A DNA stretch of 64,000 nt. Source: Eledone cirrhosa. Lineage: Eukaryota. A model generated the notes under the pieces. The model did no database searches. It was not told where the DNA came from and worked only from the letters and a program-made list of their open reading frames with translations. Both the position numbers and the translations under genes were made by a program. Within the stretch, counting starts at the first letter, position 1; each line of letters starts with the position of its first letter. The DNA lies in the NCBI GenBank assembly GCA_964016885.1, contig OZ024754.1, positions 11,408,001 through 11,472,000 of the forward strand, written 5' to 3'. Positions 1-12,236 of this stretch are shown piece after piece.

Positions 1-1189
1 AGTTACAGCCAGTTTGAACAGAAAGAGGTGAGAGAATTCTGGACGGATATGGCCAGTTTAAATGCTAAAGGGTTAACTGGTACTTATTTTACCAACAATG
101 GAAGGATAAAAGGCAATATTGATTTTCAAACGATTGGAATTCAGAAATAAAAGGTGATAAATTACTGCAAAGTATTTTTCTAGCACTTTACTATTCTGAT
201 TTGTCTCACACCAATAGATATCTAATCCTTTTGGTGCCAACCAGTCCCTAGTTCTGATACAAACTTTATTTTAAAGTGTCTATATATATATATATATATA
301 TATACATATATATATAAGGAAAAGAGTCACGACCCCAACAGCTAGATCTCTGGTGCGTTATGGTCCACATGCTATCTTACCACACCCTCTTTGCTATACA
401 TACATACATACATATATATATATGAAGGCATATGGCTTAGTGTGTTTTTTCCTTGAGCAAGACACTTTATTTCACATGCTCCAGTTTACTCAGCTGTAGA
501 AATGAGATGATAGGGTCTGGGGTCCCTATCATTCCACTGCAAAGTGGTCGTGGAGGTGCCATGGCAAAAAAGCACCCGGCCCACACTGTAAAGTGGACGT
601 GTAGGCGCCACGGAAAAAAAAGCACCCAGCACTCACTGTAAATGAGGTTGGAGTTAGGAAGAGCATCCAGCTGTAGAAATCAAGCCAGAATCAGTTCCCG
701 TCCCTCCCTTGCAAGCAGGGAAAAGCGGACGTAAAATGAAATGAAATGAAATCAAAACTTTCCACCAGCTTAATAATGAGAAAGCTAGTTATATTACTAA
801 ATCTCTTGAAATTTTTAATTTTTCAAGGCAGAGTCTTTCATTAGAAATAGGATGATGAAAGGGTTAATCCAACAAGTTTTTGGTTATAAGCTTTTCCAAA
901 TGCTTACTAAATTTTAAATTTCAGTGCCCAGTCCACACTGCAAAGTGGTCATCTAGGTGTCATGACAAAAAGCACCCAGTCCACACTGTAAATGTGGTTG
1001 GCATTAGGAAGGGCATCCATTTGTAGAAACCAAGCCAGAATCAGTTCTGTATGAGCAAGACATGGTCATCTGATCTGGCTTGTCTCACAACAGGACAACT
1101 TGTCTAACCCATGCTAGAGTGGAAAAATGGATGTTAAAAGGTGATGGTGATGATGATGAATTAAAATAAAATAAAAATAAAAATCTTAC

Positions 1190-1317
1190 CATTCATAGGC
1201 ATTTCATCTATCTGAGTGGAGTAGTACTGTTCAATATCACGCAAGATTCGGATATCGTCATTTTTTACAAAATTGATGGCAACACCTTTTCGTCCAAATC
1301 TCCCCGAACGTCCAATC
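1190..1317 (-). CDS. EIF4A3: eIF4A-III exon 9 (motif VI); the final short exon was not found, so it probably lies outside the window
   Basis: [42 protein letters not shown]; tatag/gtaaga; 128 nt. Confidence 0.95.
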
Positions 1318-2024
1318 CTATAAACACAATAAATTAATAACAAAAATTACTCCATGCTTATTTACAAGTAATTTTCCACAAGTGTGTGTGTATGTGTGTG
1401 TGTGTATGTATGTGTGTGTGTATGTATGTGTGTGTGTACGTGTGTATTCACAAATACATCACCGTCATGTTTCACATCTATTTTATCATGCAGACATTGG
1501 TTGGATGAGACCTTTTGAGGTACAATTATAACAGCCGGACTGGGTACTCTTATCATGTTACCTTACGGCGTGACCACCTTACAGGCTGGACTGGAAGCTT
1601 TTAGCCATTTCAGCAGCATTGTGGGATTGTGGGAGAACATGCTCAGCTTTCCATGCTTGTATACATGGGTTGGATAAGGGATGTGCATCACATGTGGGAC
1701 GTGCATGTATGAAGTGTGGGGCTTGGAGAAAAAGGTCTAGGGTGGGGTATTTAGCTGGTGGAGGGTGGAGTATGGCAGGGGGGAAGAGGAGTGGTGTGTA
1801 TCGGGTTTAGAATGGGTACACTGTATCCCTGCATGTCATAAGAAGTGGCTAAAAGGTTTGATGTCAGGATGGACATCTGGCTGTAAAAGCTTGCCTCAAA
1901 AAGTCTTGTCCAACCCATGCCAGCATGGAAAAGTTAACGTAAAAGCAATGATGATGATGATAACTTAAATGTTCATACAACATATATAGGTGGATTTCCG
2001 TTGTATATTGGGAGGTGACCACAG

Positions 2025-2450
2025 TTAAAAAAGGCACTCAATACATAAGTAGAGCGTAGGCATATTTATTTTTTATAAATGACATCTACAGCACTAGAAC
2101 TGTTTCATTCGTAGAAAATCATCAGGGCTCTCCTGATCTTTTGTTATGAATGAAACAGTCCTAGTTCTGTAGAAGTCATTTCTAAAACATATAAATACAT
2201 ATATATATATATATTTAATTACACAATAAACAACACAATATAATTATTTCATTACTGAAGGTTTCGAGAAACTAGATGATTCTTGTAGAAACATGTAGCT
2301 CGTTTGTCAGATAAAACAATTATGATGAACGAGTAAGATGTTTCTTCAGTAATGAAATAATTATATTGTGTTGTTCATTATGTAATTAAATAGCTCTGTA
2401 CAATACATAGAGCACTCTTCTTTCTTTTACCTTTTCTACAGAAATACTTA
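2025..2450. mobile_element. Two adjacent Penelope-like fold-back relics with degenerate hammerhead cores
   Basis: Inverted arms 2073-2112/2146-2186 and 2213-2260/2344-2391; minus-strand CTGATGA...GAAACAG...CTGTA (2081-2125) and CTGACAA...GAAAC...GTA (2247-2316). Confidence 0.55.
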
Positions 2451-2464
2451 ACATATATATATAG

Positions 2465-2585
2465 TGAAGGCGTGTGGCGGAGTGGTTAGACAATTGGATT
2501 CGCAATCGTAAGGTTGCGAGTTCGATTCCTGGACCAGGCGATGCGTTATGTCCTTGAGCAAGACACTTTATTTCACGTTGCTCCT
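2465..2585 (+). mobile_element. tRNA-derived CORE-like SINE family B; copies at 424-500, 6025-6160, 12670-12985, 30385-30700, 60790-61120
   Basis: tggcggagtggttag...gagttcgattcc head followed by CORE-like gtccttgagcaagacacttta. Confidence 0.75.
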
Positions 2586-2681
2586 TCTACCTGGAGTTGC
2601 GACCGATAGATAGTACTAGCAATTGGAAAGACCGACAGAAACATTGTTCCCTCGGTCCGATTTGACGAAAGTCGATCGTTC

Positions 2682-2724
<43 letters not shown>

Positions 2725-2841
2725 CATAGAGAGAGAGAGACACAGACATGCATATTTGTAAGTTCTATCGATGTTAAATATTGTTAAAAAACCAAAATGT
2801 GGACTGTTTGTTTGTTACTGCAACAATTTACACCCACTTAC

Positions 2842-2949
2842 CTGTGGATATACAATTCTCGATTGTTTGGTAAGTCATAGTTAATGACAAGCGACACCTG
2901 TTGGACATCAATACCTCGTGCCCACACATCTGTTGTTATGAGAACACGG
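2842..2949 (-). CDS. EIF4A3: eIF4A-III exon 8
   Basis: Manual translation [36 protein letters not shown]; tttag/gtaagt; 108 nt. Confidence 0.95.
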
Positions 2950-3164
2950 CTAAAAAATAAATAAGGAAAGATTACATTTAAATAATGAATACTAATACAT
3001 CATCATCATCATCGTTCCTACATCTGTTTTTCTCCATGCTTGCATGGGTCCTTTTCAGCGCAGCATCTCTGCTCTCAACATGTTTCTTTGTCATGTCCTC
3101 GTGAGTCGCAGCAATTTGAGATCTGCTCTCACATTAACATAAAAACACTTTACAAGGTGTAATG

Positions 3165-3464
3165 CAGGGGCATGCAACAGGCAGCCCACCAGACCAGTCA
3201 GAGTGGCCCGCGATGACCGTTTTTAATTTTTACTTTGTAGGCTTATTTAGAATTTTTTTTGTAACCGTAATACAATTTTCTGTCAGTTGACCTATACTAA
3301 AGGGCTTCACTGATAGGGTTATGTGTGTTATAATTTCCCAGTTCCATATTAGGGAAAGAAGTTGTGGTGAATCTTTGGAATAGTGCTTACTAAATATTAA
3401 TGGCCCTAATAGTTGTTTCAATGTTCAAAAGTGGCCTGCCAGTGGAATATGTTGCACACCCCTG
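3165..3464. mobile_element. hAT-like MITE
   Basis: TIRs CAGGGGcaTGCAAC / GTTGCAcaCCCCTG; 8-bp TSD gtgtaatg/gcgtaatg. Confidence 0.8.
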
Positions 3465-4194
3465 GCGTAATGGATATATTTTATCATGGCGTCAGCACTA
3501 GAGAAGTTGTTACATGCTCATCCAAACTGGAGTCCTTTCAATCCTATATTATCTCTGTGCCATTACTAACACTGTAGACTCCGACCACTCAATAAATATA
3601 GATTTTGTGTTTCACATGTGTGGGTCTTTTGTATCATGGTATATCGCCAGTCAGCTAGGACCTGTGTCATAACAGGTTCAGTTTCTTGAGCTTATTCTTC
3701 ATGTCTTCCTATATCTCCCTCTTCCATAGGTCACATCCACTTCAAGCACTTTGCATTTTTTAATACAACCCTCACCCGTCTTACACCTCACACGTCATTC
3801 CATTGCAATAATCTCTCTTTCACACATTTAATTCCTCTAATACTCAACTTTTCCCTCAGCTCACTTATGCTGTCATTCAAGTACACTAGTTCTACACATC
3901 CTTGCTTCATTTTCTTTTTAGCCAACACAGATTATTCAGTCAGGGCCTATGACCTGCAGCCATGCCATTGCATCATATAATCTACCCTTCACTCAGAGAG
4001 CTTTTTGTTACCAGTAGGAGTAATAGCTCCCAGGACTTCTACGACCCTGTTCTCACCTTGGTTAATTCTCAGTGAAGCTTTATTATATTAACAGCACATC
4101 TTATACCTTTGAATAATAAATTAAAGATAGTCTATGGTTTTTGTGATGTCTCTTAAATACTTCAATCATCAGGGTTTCCCAATACAAGACTTAC

Positions 4195-4310
4195 CTAGCT
4201 CCTGAACGAAATTCCTTCATAATGTCATCTCTGTCTTTTTGCTGCATATCGCCATGCATTGAGGATACAGTGAAATTGGCCTCTCTCATTTTCTCAGTTA
4301 GCCAGTCAAC
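4195..4310 (-). CDS. EIF4A3: eIF4A-III exon 7
   Basis: Manual translation [39 protein letters not shown]; tttag/gtaagt; 116 nt. Confidence 0.95.
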
Positions 4311-4682
4311 CTAAAAATTAATCCATTATTAATTAAAATATAAATGAGCTAAATAACACATTTGTTTTAAATCAGAAAACCTTATTTAAAATCCTCAACT
4401 CCTCACAATAAAAAGTGCACAGTCCACCCTATAAAGTGGTTGTGCTGGTGACACGACAAAAATCATCCACTCCACCCTGTAAGGTGGTTGAGCTAGTGAC
4501 ACGGCAAAAAGCACCCAGTAAGGTGATTATGCTGGTGACATGACAAAAAACACCCACTCCACCCTGTTAGATGGTTGAGCTGGTGTCAGAACAAAAAGCA
4601 CTCAGTCCAACCTATGAGAATAACTAGTAGAACTTATAGTATGATTTGGAGTCAACCTATATGGTAGGTATAGCCCTAACAG

Positions 4683-5280
4683 AATTTTGAGCTAAGAATA
4701 TTAAGATCAACCTGTATGCTGCAATTTTGAGCTAAGGTTATTGAGATCATCTTGTATGCCACAATTTTGAGCTAAGGTTATTGAAATCATCTTGTATGCC
4801 ACAATTTTGAGCTAAGATTATTGACATTATCTTGTATGCCACAATTTTGAGCTAAGGTTATTGACATCATCTTGTATGACACAATTTTGAGCTAAGGTTA
4901 TTGAAATCATCTTGTATGCCACAATTTTGAGCTAAGATTATTGACATTATCTTGTATGCCACAATTTTGAGCTAAGGTTATTGACATCATCTTGTATGAC
5001 ACAATTTTGAGCTAAGGTTATTGACATCATCTTGTATGCCACAATTTTGAGCTAAGGTTATTGACATCATCTTGTATGACACAATTTTGAGCTAAGGTTA
5101 TTGACATCATCTTGTATGCCACAATTTTGAGCTAAGGTTATTGAGATCATCTTGTATGCCACAATTTTGAACTAAGATTATTGACATCATCTTGTATGCC
5201 ACAATTTTGATCTAAGGTTATTGAAATCAACTTGTATGCCACAATTTTGGGCTGGAGTTTTTAAGATCAACTTGTATCAC
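4683..5280. repeat. 40-bp minisatellite, ~14 copies
   Basis: acaattttgagctaaggttattgacatcatcttgtatgcc. Confidence 0.95.
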
Positions 5281-5377
5281 CATTTATGGAAGCTATGTAA
5301 AAAGAAAAAAAATTATGACAAGGAAATTGTTTCAATTTGATATGAATAAAATAGAAATAAAATATTAAGTAACTTGC

Positions 5378-5516
5378 CTTTCTTTTAGTGTTGCAAAATA
5401 TAACAGCCTGGGTTATAGTTAGTGTATCATAAAGATCACAAAGCGTATCAAACTTCCATTCTTCTCTTTCTACAGCTACAAAAAACTGTTTTATTCCTTC
5501 CAATGTCAACTCATCA
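5378..5516 (-). CDS. EIF4A3: eIF4A-III exon 6 (followed by a GC-AG intron)
   Basis: [46 protein letters not shown]; donor AAG|gcaagt; 139 nt keeps frame with exon 7. Confidence 0.94.
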
Positions 5517-7275
5517 CTAAAAAAAAAAGAATAAAACATCAGCTTAAGTTTAACAAACCAAGCTATTATTATTTCATATGTTATAATTTTAAAGCCTCAA
5601 ATTTTATCTTCCTTTTAAATGATACATAAAATAACAATTAATTTTAAACTTTTTAAATGTACAAATTGGATTCCATAAATTCAATGGTGAATTATGTAGT
5701 TGTTCCCTCCATCATGGTTTGTTTTGCAGTTGCTAATTTGAACAGGGGATGAGACTTCCCCTGTAACTAAGTTTAGAAATAATAATTTTTGTGAATCCCT
5801 CAAAATTTTTAATACACTGACCTAGTGTGTATCATCATCATCATCATCATCATTATTTTATGTCCGCTTTTCCCTGCTTGCAAGGATGAGACGGGAACTG
5901 ATTCTGGGTTGATTTCTACAGCTAGATGCCCTTCCTAACACCAACCTCATTTACAGTGAGTGCTGGGTGCTGTTTTTCCATGGCGCCTACACATCCACTT
6001 TACAGTGTGGGCTGGGTGCTTTTTTGCAGCTCAGTAAACTGGAGCAATGTGAAATAAAGTGTCTTGCTCAAGGAAACAACATATCACTCGGTCTGAGAAT
6101 TGAACTCACAACCTTTCGATTGCAAGGCCAATGCTCTAACCACTAAGCCATGTGCTTCCATGTGTATCTCATTAGAAATATGATCACGAAAGGGTTAAAT
6201 ACCTATGAAAAAGAAACTTTATCTGTTTGGAGTACTATTTTATCTATCAAAATTTATATGGTTTTGGTTTTCTACACACAAATAAATAAATATATATATA
6301 TATATACCATTATCATGATATATATGTGTATGTTACGTTAGTACCACAAAACACCCAGCCCACACTATAAAGTGGTCATGTAAAAGACACAGCACAAAGC
6401 ACCCAGTCCTCACTGTAAATGTGGTTGGCGTGAGGAAGGACATCCAGCCCTAGAAAACCATCCAGAAACAGTCCTATATAAGTGAGACACAGTCACCCAA
6501 CCCAACTTGCCTCTAAATGGGACAAACCTGTCTAACCCATGCTAGCGTGGAAGATGGACGTTAAACGATGATGATGATGTTAGAAAAGCTGCAGTGCAGG
6601 TGTCATGATAAAACACATTCAGTACATAACACAAAGTAGTTGACATTAGGAAGGGCATCCAGCCATAGAAACCATGACAGAATGGAATGTGTGAGTTAGA
6701 TGTGGTTAGCTGATTGGTCTAGTCCCCAAACATAAGAACCTTTCCAATCAATTGCCAGCATGGATGTAAAATGGTGACAGTTATGATGATGATGAAACCA
6801 CATCACTGAATCAAGTGAAAATAATTGTTTCTACTTTTGGCACAAGGCCAATAATTACCCAATGCATTACTGGTACTTTATTTTATCGACCCCGTAAGGA
6901 TGAAAGGCAAAGTTAACCTTGGCGGAATTTGAACTCAGAATGGCAAGGGCCGTAACTCTATGCGTCAAAGCATGGTGTCCGACTCTCTACCGATACTGCC
7001 AAAATAATTGTTTCTACTTTAGGCACAAGGCCAGCAATTATCCAGTACATTACTGGTACTTTATTTTATCGACCCCCGTACGGATGGAAGGCAAAGTTAA
7101 CCTCGGCAGGATTTGAACTCAGAATGGCAAGGGCCGTAACTCTATGCGTCAAAGCATGGGGTCCCGGCCCTCTACCGATACTGCCAATTCACCGCCTTGC
7201 CAAAATAATGAAAGTAAGAAAGAATAAAATCGATCATTTCTTGAAAAACATTGATGGAATCTCCACTGGCCTTAC

Positions 7276-7498
7276 CGCTTAACTAGAATACGAACAGGAT
7301 CAGTCATAAATTTGCCAGTCATTTCAAGGATTTCATGAGGCAAAGTTGCAGAAATAAGTAGCACTTGAGTTGCTGGAGGAAGATACCGATAAACATCATA
7401 AATTTGTTCTTTAAACCCTTTATTCAACATTTCATCAGATTCATCAAGGACCAACATTTTAATGGATCTTGTTCGCAAATTTCTTCGTCTAATCATGT
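7276..7498 (-). CDS. EIF4A3: eIF4A-III exon 5 (motif II read here as DESD; SAT motif)
   Basis: [75 protein letters not shown]; ttttcag/gtaagg; 223 nt. Confidence 0.96.
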
Positions 7499-8300
7499 CT
7501 GAAAAAAAAAATAAAAGAAAGAAATCATACAAATAAAGTCAATTTTCTAGATTTAAATAAGAAATTACAAAACTTCTATGATTAACCCTTTTGTATTCAC
7601 ATTACTCTATATATACTATTGTATTTTCACGGTAAACAATTTATCTCATATAATATCGAACCTATGAGATTTTGATATTATTCATTTTGAGAACACTACC
7701 TTAACATGAGTATGAATGGCCAGTTACAGCTGGTTTGTACAGAAAGAGGTGAGAGAATTCTGGCTGGATATAGCCGGTTTAAATGTTAAATGGTTAAAAC
7801 ATTCTGAGGGTGGTGGACTGGCATAATTGTTAAGGTGTTGGACAAAATGCACCGCTGTTTTTGTTCTGAGTTCAAATCTCATCAAGGTCAGGTTTATCTG
7901 TCATCCTTCTGGGGAGGGGGTCAGGGATCAAATTAGTTCACTTTCTCTTGACCACAAAATTGCTGGCCTTGTCTGTAAATTAGAAACCATTCTTAAAACC
8001 ACTACTAAATAGTTTTATTTTATTTTCATGTTCCACGCAATTAGTGCTCCCCAGTTCCCCTGCAGGGGGTGCACCCCATGTTGAGAATCACTGGACTAGA
8101 GTCATGCTGATTACAACAAAAATTGAACTACAGATCTGATTTCTCTCATGACAATCCGTCTATCCCGTGCAACCATGAAAGATGGATGTTAAACGATGAT
8201 GAGAGTTAATTATAGACTAATAATCTCAACAAGTCTAGAAAAATTATACATAAAAATTATATTTACTAAAAAAAAAAAAAAAAATAAAGATACTACTTAC

Positions 8301-8433
8301 CAAAAACTCTACCAGGTGTACCTGATATAACATGTTGTCCATAATCTAGTTTACGTATATCATCACCAATATTTGTACCACCAATACAAGCATGGCATTG
8401 CACATTCATGTAATCTCCAAGAGCCAAAATAAC
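8301..8433 (-). CDS. EIF4A3: eIF4A-III exon 4
   Basis: Manual translation [44 protein letters not shown]; ttttcag/gtaagt; 133 nt. Confidence 0.95.
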
Positions 8434-8777
8434 CTGAAAAATTTATTAAACTATTAACCCCTTTAAGCATTTACATTATTTTATATTTACTATTGTATTT
8501 TCACAATAGAGGGTTTATCTTACATAATTATCTCACATAATATAGAATCTGCAAGATTTTGATATTATTTATTTTGAGAACACTACTTTAACGTTGGCAT
8601 GATTGATTGGTTATGGCTGGTTTGAACAGAAAGAGGTGAGAGAATGTGGCTGGATATAACCAGTTTAAGTGCTAAAGAGACAAAGCAAGAGTGTATTTGA
8701 ATTCATAGAAAAGTGAGAAAACTCAACGCAAGAATAGCTGTTATAACAGCCAACTGACAGCGTCCAGTAAAGATACA

Positions 8778-9330
8778 TCAAAGGACAGATATCAGTGGCT
8801 AGTGGTCACCAAAGGAGATATCAGTGGTTAGTGGTCATCAATGACAGCATTAGGTAAAGATACATCAAAGGACAGATATCAGTGGCTAGTGGTCATCAAA
8901 GGACAGATATCAGTGGCTAGTGGTCACCAAAGGACAGATATCAGTGGCTAGTGGTCACCAAAGGACAGATATCAGTGGCTAGTGGTCATCAAAGGACAGA
9001 TATCAGTGGCTAGTGGTCACCAAAGGACAGATATCAGTGGCTAGTGGTCACCAAAGGACAGATATCAGTGGCTAGTGGTCACCAAAGGACAGATATCAGT
9101 GGCTAGTGGTCACCAAAGGACAGATATCAGTGGCTAGTGGTCACCAAAGGACAGATATCAGTGGCTAGTGGTCATCAAAGGACAGATATCAGTGGCTAGT
9201 GGTCACCAAAGGACAGATATCAGTAGCTAGTGGTCATCATAGGACAGATATCAGTGGCTAGTGGTCATCAAAGGACAGATATCAGTGGCTAGTGGTCATC
9301 AAAGGACAGATATCAGTGGCTAGTGGTCAA
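8778..9330. repeat. 31-bp minisatellite, ~17 copies
   Basis: aaaggacagatatcagtggctagtggtcacc. Confidence 0.95.
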
Positions 9331-9428
9331 TGAAGGGAAAAGAAAATCTGAGAGCTGGGTGACAGGCAGCTGAAATAATGAAATGATTGAGAGAGAAAGA
9401 GGATAAGAAGAATTAAACTATTGATTCT

Positions 9429-9570
9429 ATTTGTTCCACCAATACAAGCCTGGCATTGCACATTCATGACCAAGACTAAGATAACCTGGCATGGCATTGC
9501 ACATTCATGTAATCACCAAGATAATCTGGCATGGCATTGCACATTCATGTAATCACCAAGATAACCTGAA
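9429..9570 (-). pseudogene. Degenerate, internally triplicated copy of the 5' half of eIF4A3 exon 4
   Basis: Matches 8370-8438 (ccaccaatacaagc.tggcattgcacattcatgtaatc.ccaag...ataacctgaa); three ~40-bp units. Confidence 0.85.
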
Positions 9571-9829
9571 TCTAATCTCATCTTTATTTAGTTTTGAATG
9601 GGAAACTGCTGAATTTTTGGATAAAGTTACCTGTGTATCAGGGCTATTTGCAAGTGAAAGATATGGTACTTGCATGACATTGCAGTATCATCATCAAAAG
9701 CTACAAGAGCAAAAAAGATGCAAATGAAAGAGACAATTACATATTTTTCAAACCAATGGCTCGATTGAAAGTAGTTAAAAGAGTTAACTTGTATAAGATA
9801 CATTTTGGGTTTACATTTCTGTTCATTTT

Positions 9830-10095
9830 GTAGTGTGCAGGAGAGAAGACTGCGTTGGTATGGACATGTGATGCGCATGGAGGATGACCGCTGGGTAAAG
9901 AAGTCCCAAGAAATCCCAGTAGAAGAAGACCACGAAAAACATGGGTGGAGGTGATGAGAGCTAATCTCAGATCGCTGAAACTCACAGAGGAGATGACGAA
10001 GGACCGTGATGAATGGAGAGATGCTGTGCTGAATAGGACCCGTCTCACTCTTGCAAACAGGGAAAAGCGGACATAAAATGATGATGATGATGATC
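9830..10095 (+). mobile_element. RTE LINE 3' fragment
   Basis: RRLRWYGHVMRM...RPRKTW...DRDEWR; (GAT)n tail. Confidence 0.8.
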
Positions 10096-10400
10096 GCAAC
10101 AATGAACCATGGATATCATTTTGCTGGTGTGACAACTGCAAAATAATTTCTTAGCTAACAACAAACAACTATATTTTGTATTTGTCAAGCTAGACAAGGC
10201 TTTTACAGGGTTCCTATATTCTGTAAGATTGGTGAGTGATAAAAGATGTAGATGAATAGCTTGTTAGAGTCATTCAAACCATGACCAAAATAGGGTTACC
10301 TGGATAAACAAGGTAGACAATGCCTGCCTTATCTAAATTAATTATGAAAATACTGAAGATGAAAAGAAATGTTTAATCAAATAACTAATTCAAATCCTAC

Positions 10401-10530
10401 CTTCTGAATCTGAACAGCCAATTCTCTGGTTGGGGAGAGAACCAAAGCTTGTGTTTCACGGGTTTGTGTGTCAAGACACTGTAGAATAGAAAGAGCAAAG
10501 GTGGCTGTTTTTCCTGTGCCAGATTGTGCC
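10401..10530 (-). CDS. EIF4A3: eIF4A-III exon 3 (Walker A, motif Ia)
   Basis: [43 protein letters not shown]; ttacag/gtagg; 130 nt. Confidence 0.96.
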
Positions 10531-11573
10531 CTGTAATATAGAAATTGAAAAGGTGATGTGTGAAAAGTAAATTTAATACAAATAAACATTAGTACCAATT
10601 ACATTGGTCAATACACTTTTTGCTGATTTAGGTTTTGTCACATGCTTTCTCCAGGTCCTAGTTAGCTAGGTAATTCTTTTGTAATTGCCTTGCAAGAAAG
10701 AGGGCATCAGTGGTACATTTACCTGACACAAATCTGAACTACATCTCGTCAAGGTTACCTCGATCCCTAAACAGCAGTGTGATAACTCTTTCTGTAATTT
10801 TCACGGTCCATCAACTTGATACCTCTATAGTTCCCTGTCTAGTGCAATTCCCTGCCCTTGTAGCCGTTGAGTATGATAATATTCTGTATTACAGTTAGTT
10901 AAGATGTGACCCACCATCCCAGATGCTTTCAGCATCTCAGCAAATGTCCCAGATGGTTCAGCTGCTTTGTCTTCATATTTTTAATTGCTTGTCAAATGAA
11001 AAGGCCTGGAACTGATTAGGGGCTTACCACCACCATAGAACAGGAAGATTACTGTACCATCTAGCTTCTTGCTGTCCCCTCGATCTAACTCTAGTTGTTT
11101 TTAGGTGTGATAGGAAACCAGCTGCATTAAAACTATCTTTGCTATCACTCTTTCTCTTCAATATCACACACTTATTCATAGGGAATGTATAAGATTGCAC
11201 AAGTTATAATATATGCAATCTATTTATGAGAGTTTTTTTTAATAAAAATAAAACCACAAAAAATTGATATACTACAAGAAGAGAAGATGGGATTGTGAGA
11301 AGAGCTTTAATCCTGGTGCCTTAATAAAAAAAATAAAACCATTTTGTTAGTGGTTGGTATTAGGAAGAAAAAGAAGCCATTGGCTAAATTTCACTTCCTG
11401 CACAAGATTACTGTTCTCCCAAATTATATTTTTTTAATTGCTATGTAGTAGCTATATTTATTTTAGGATGATGATGATGAATGTAAGATATATATTTATT
11501 ATATATATATGTAAATATATATCTATAAATTAGGAGGGAGAGGCGTCAATAATCATCTAAAATCTTATTTTAA

Positions 11574-11802
11574 CCCTTTAGCATTTAAACTGGCCACATC
11601 CGGCCAGAATTCTCTCACCCCTTTCTGTTCAAACAGGCTGAAACCGGCCATAACTAGCTGCTCATATCGATGTTAACGTATTGTTCTCAAAATAAATAAT
11701 ATCAAAATCTCATAGATTCGATATTATGTGAGATAATTATGAGGTAAAGCCTTTTCCGCGAAAATACAATAGTAAATATAGAATAATGTAAATGCTAAAG
11801 GG
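11574..11802. mobile_element. piggyBac-like MITE (TTAA TSD, CCCTTTAGCATTTA TIRs); copies at 1-76, 7582-7797, 8454-8678, 11891-12105, 22100-22325
   Basis: TTAA-CCCTTTAGCATTTA ... TAAATGCTAAAGGG-TTAA, 229 bp. Confidence 0.85.
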
Positions 11803-12163
11803 TTAAGGAATTAACTTTACTTAGAAGTTTACGGTTGATAAGTGAAAGCATATAGCTTGAAGGAATTACAGTAAATTTACAAAACATAAACTCTTTAGTA
11901 CTTACATTACTCTATATTTACTGTTATATTTTCATGGTAAAATCTTTACCTCACATGATATCGGATCTATGAGATTTTCATATTTATTTTGAGAACAATA
12001 CCTTAACATCGATATGAGCAGCCAGTAACGGCTGGTTACAACCAGTTTGAATAGAAAGAGGTCAGAGAATTCTGGCCACATACAGCTGGTTTAAATGCTA
12101 AAGGGTTAACCACGTGATGTGAAACGAAGTAAAATGTTAAAATATCCACAAAACATTACTTAC

Positions 12164-12236
12164 TGAGCAATAACATCTCTGCCATTAATGATGGGCTTTA
12201 TAGCTCTCTGTTGAATAGCAGATGGTTTCTCGAAAC
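12164..12236 (-). CDS. EIF4A3: eIF4A-III exon 2 (Q motif)
   Basis: Manual translation [25 protein letters not shown]; tttgcag acceptor, gtaagt donor; 73 nt; not in the ORF track. Confidence 0.95.

Noticed and set aside
1-1189. Final eIF4A3 exon (expected about VADLI*)
   Set aside because: No matching sequence with an acceptor found; the region consists of MITE, SINE and RTE fragments
2465-2540. tRNA gene
   Set aside because: The A/B boxes run directly into a CORE-like SINE body and there is no proper acceptor stem; it is a SINE head
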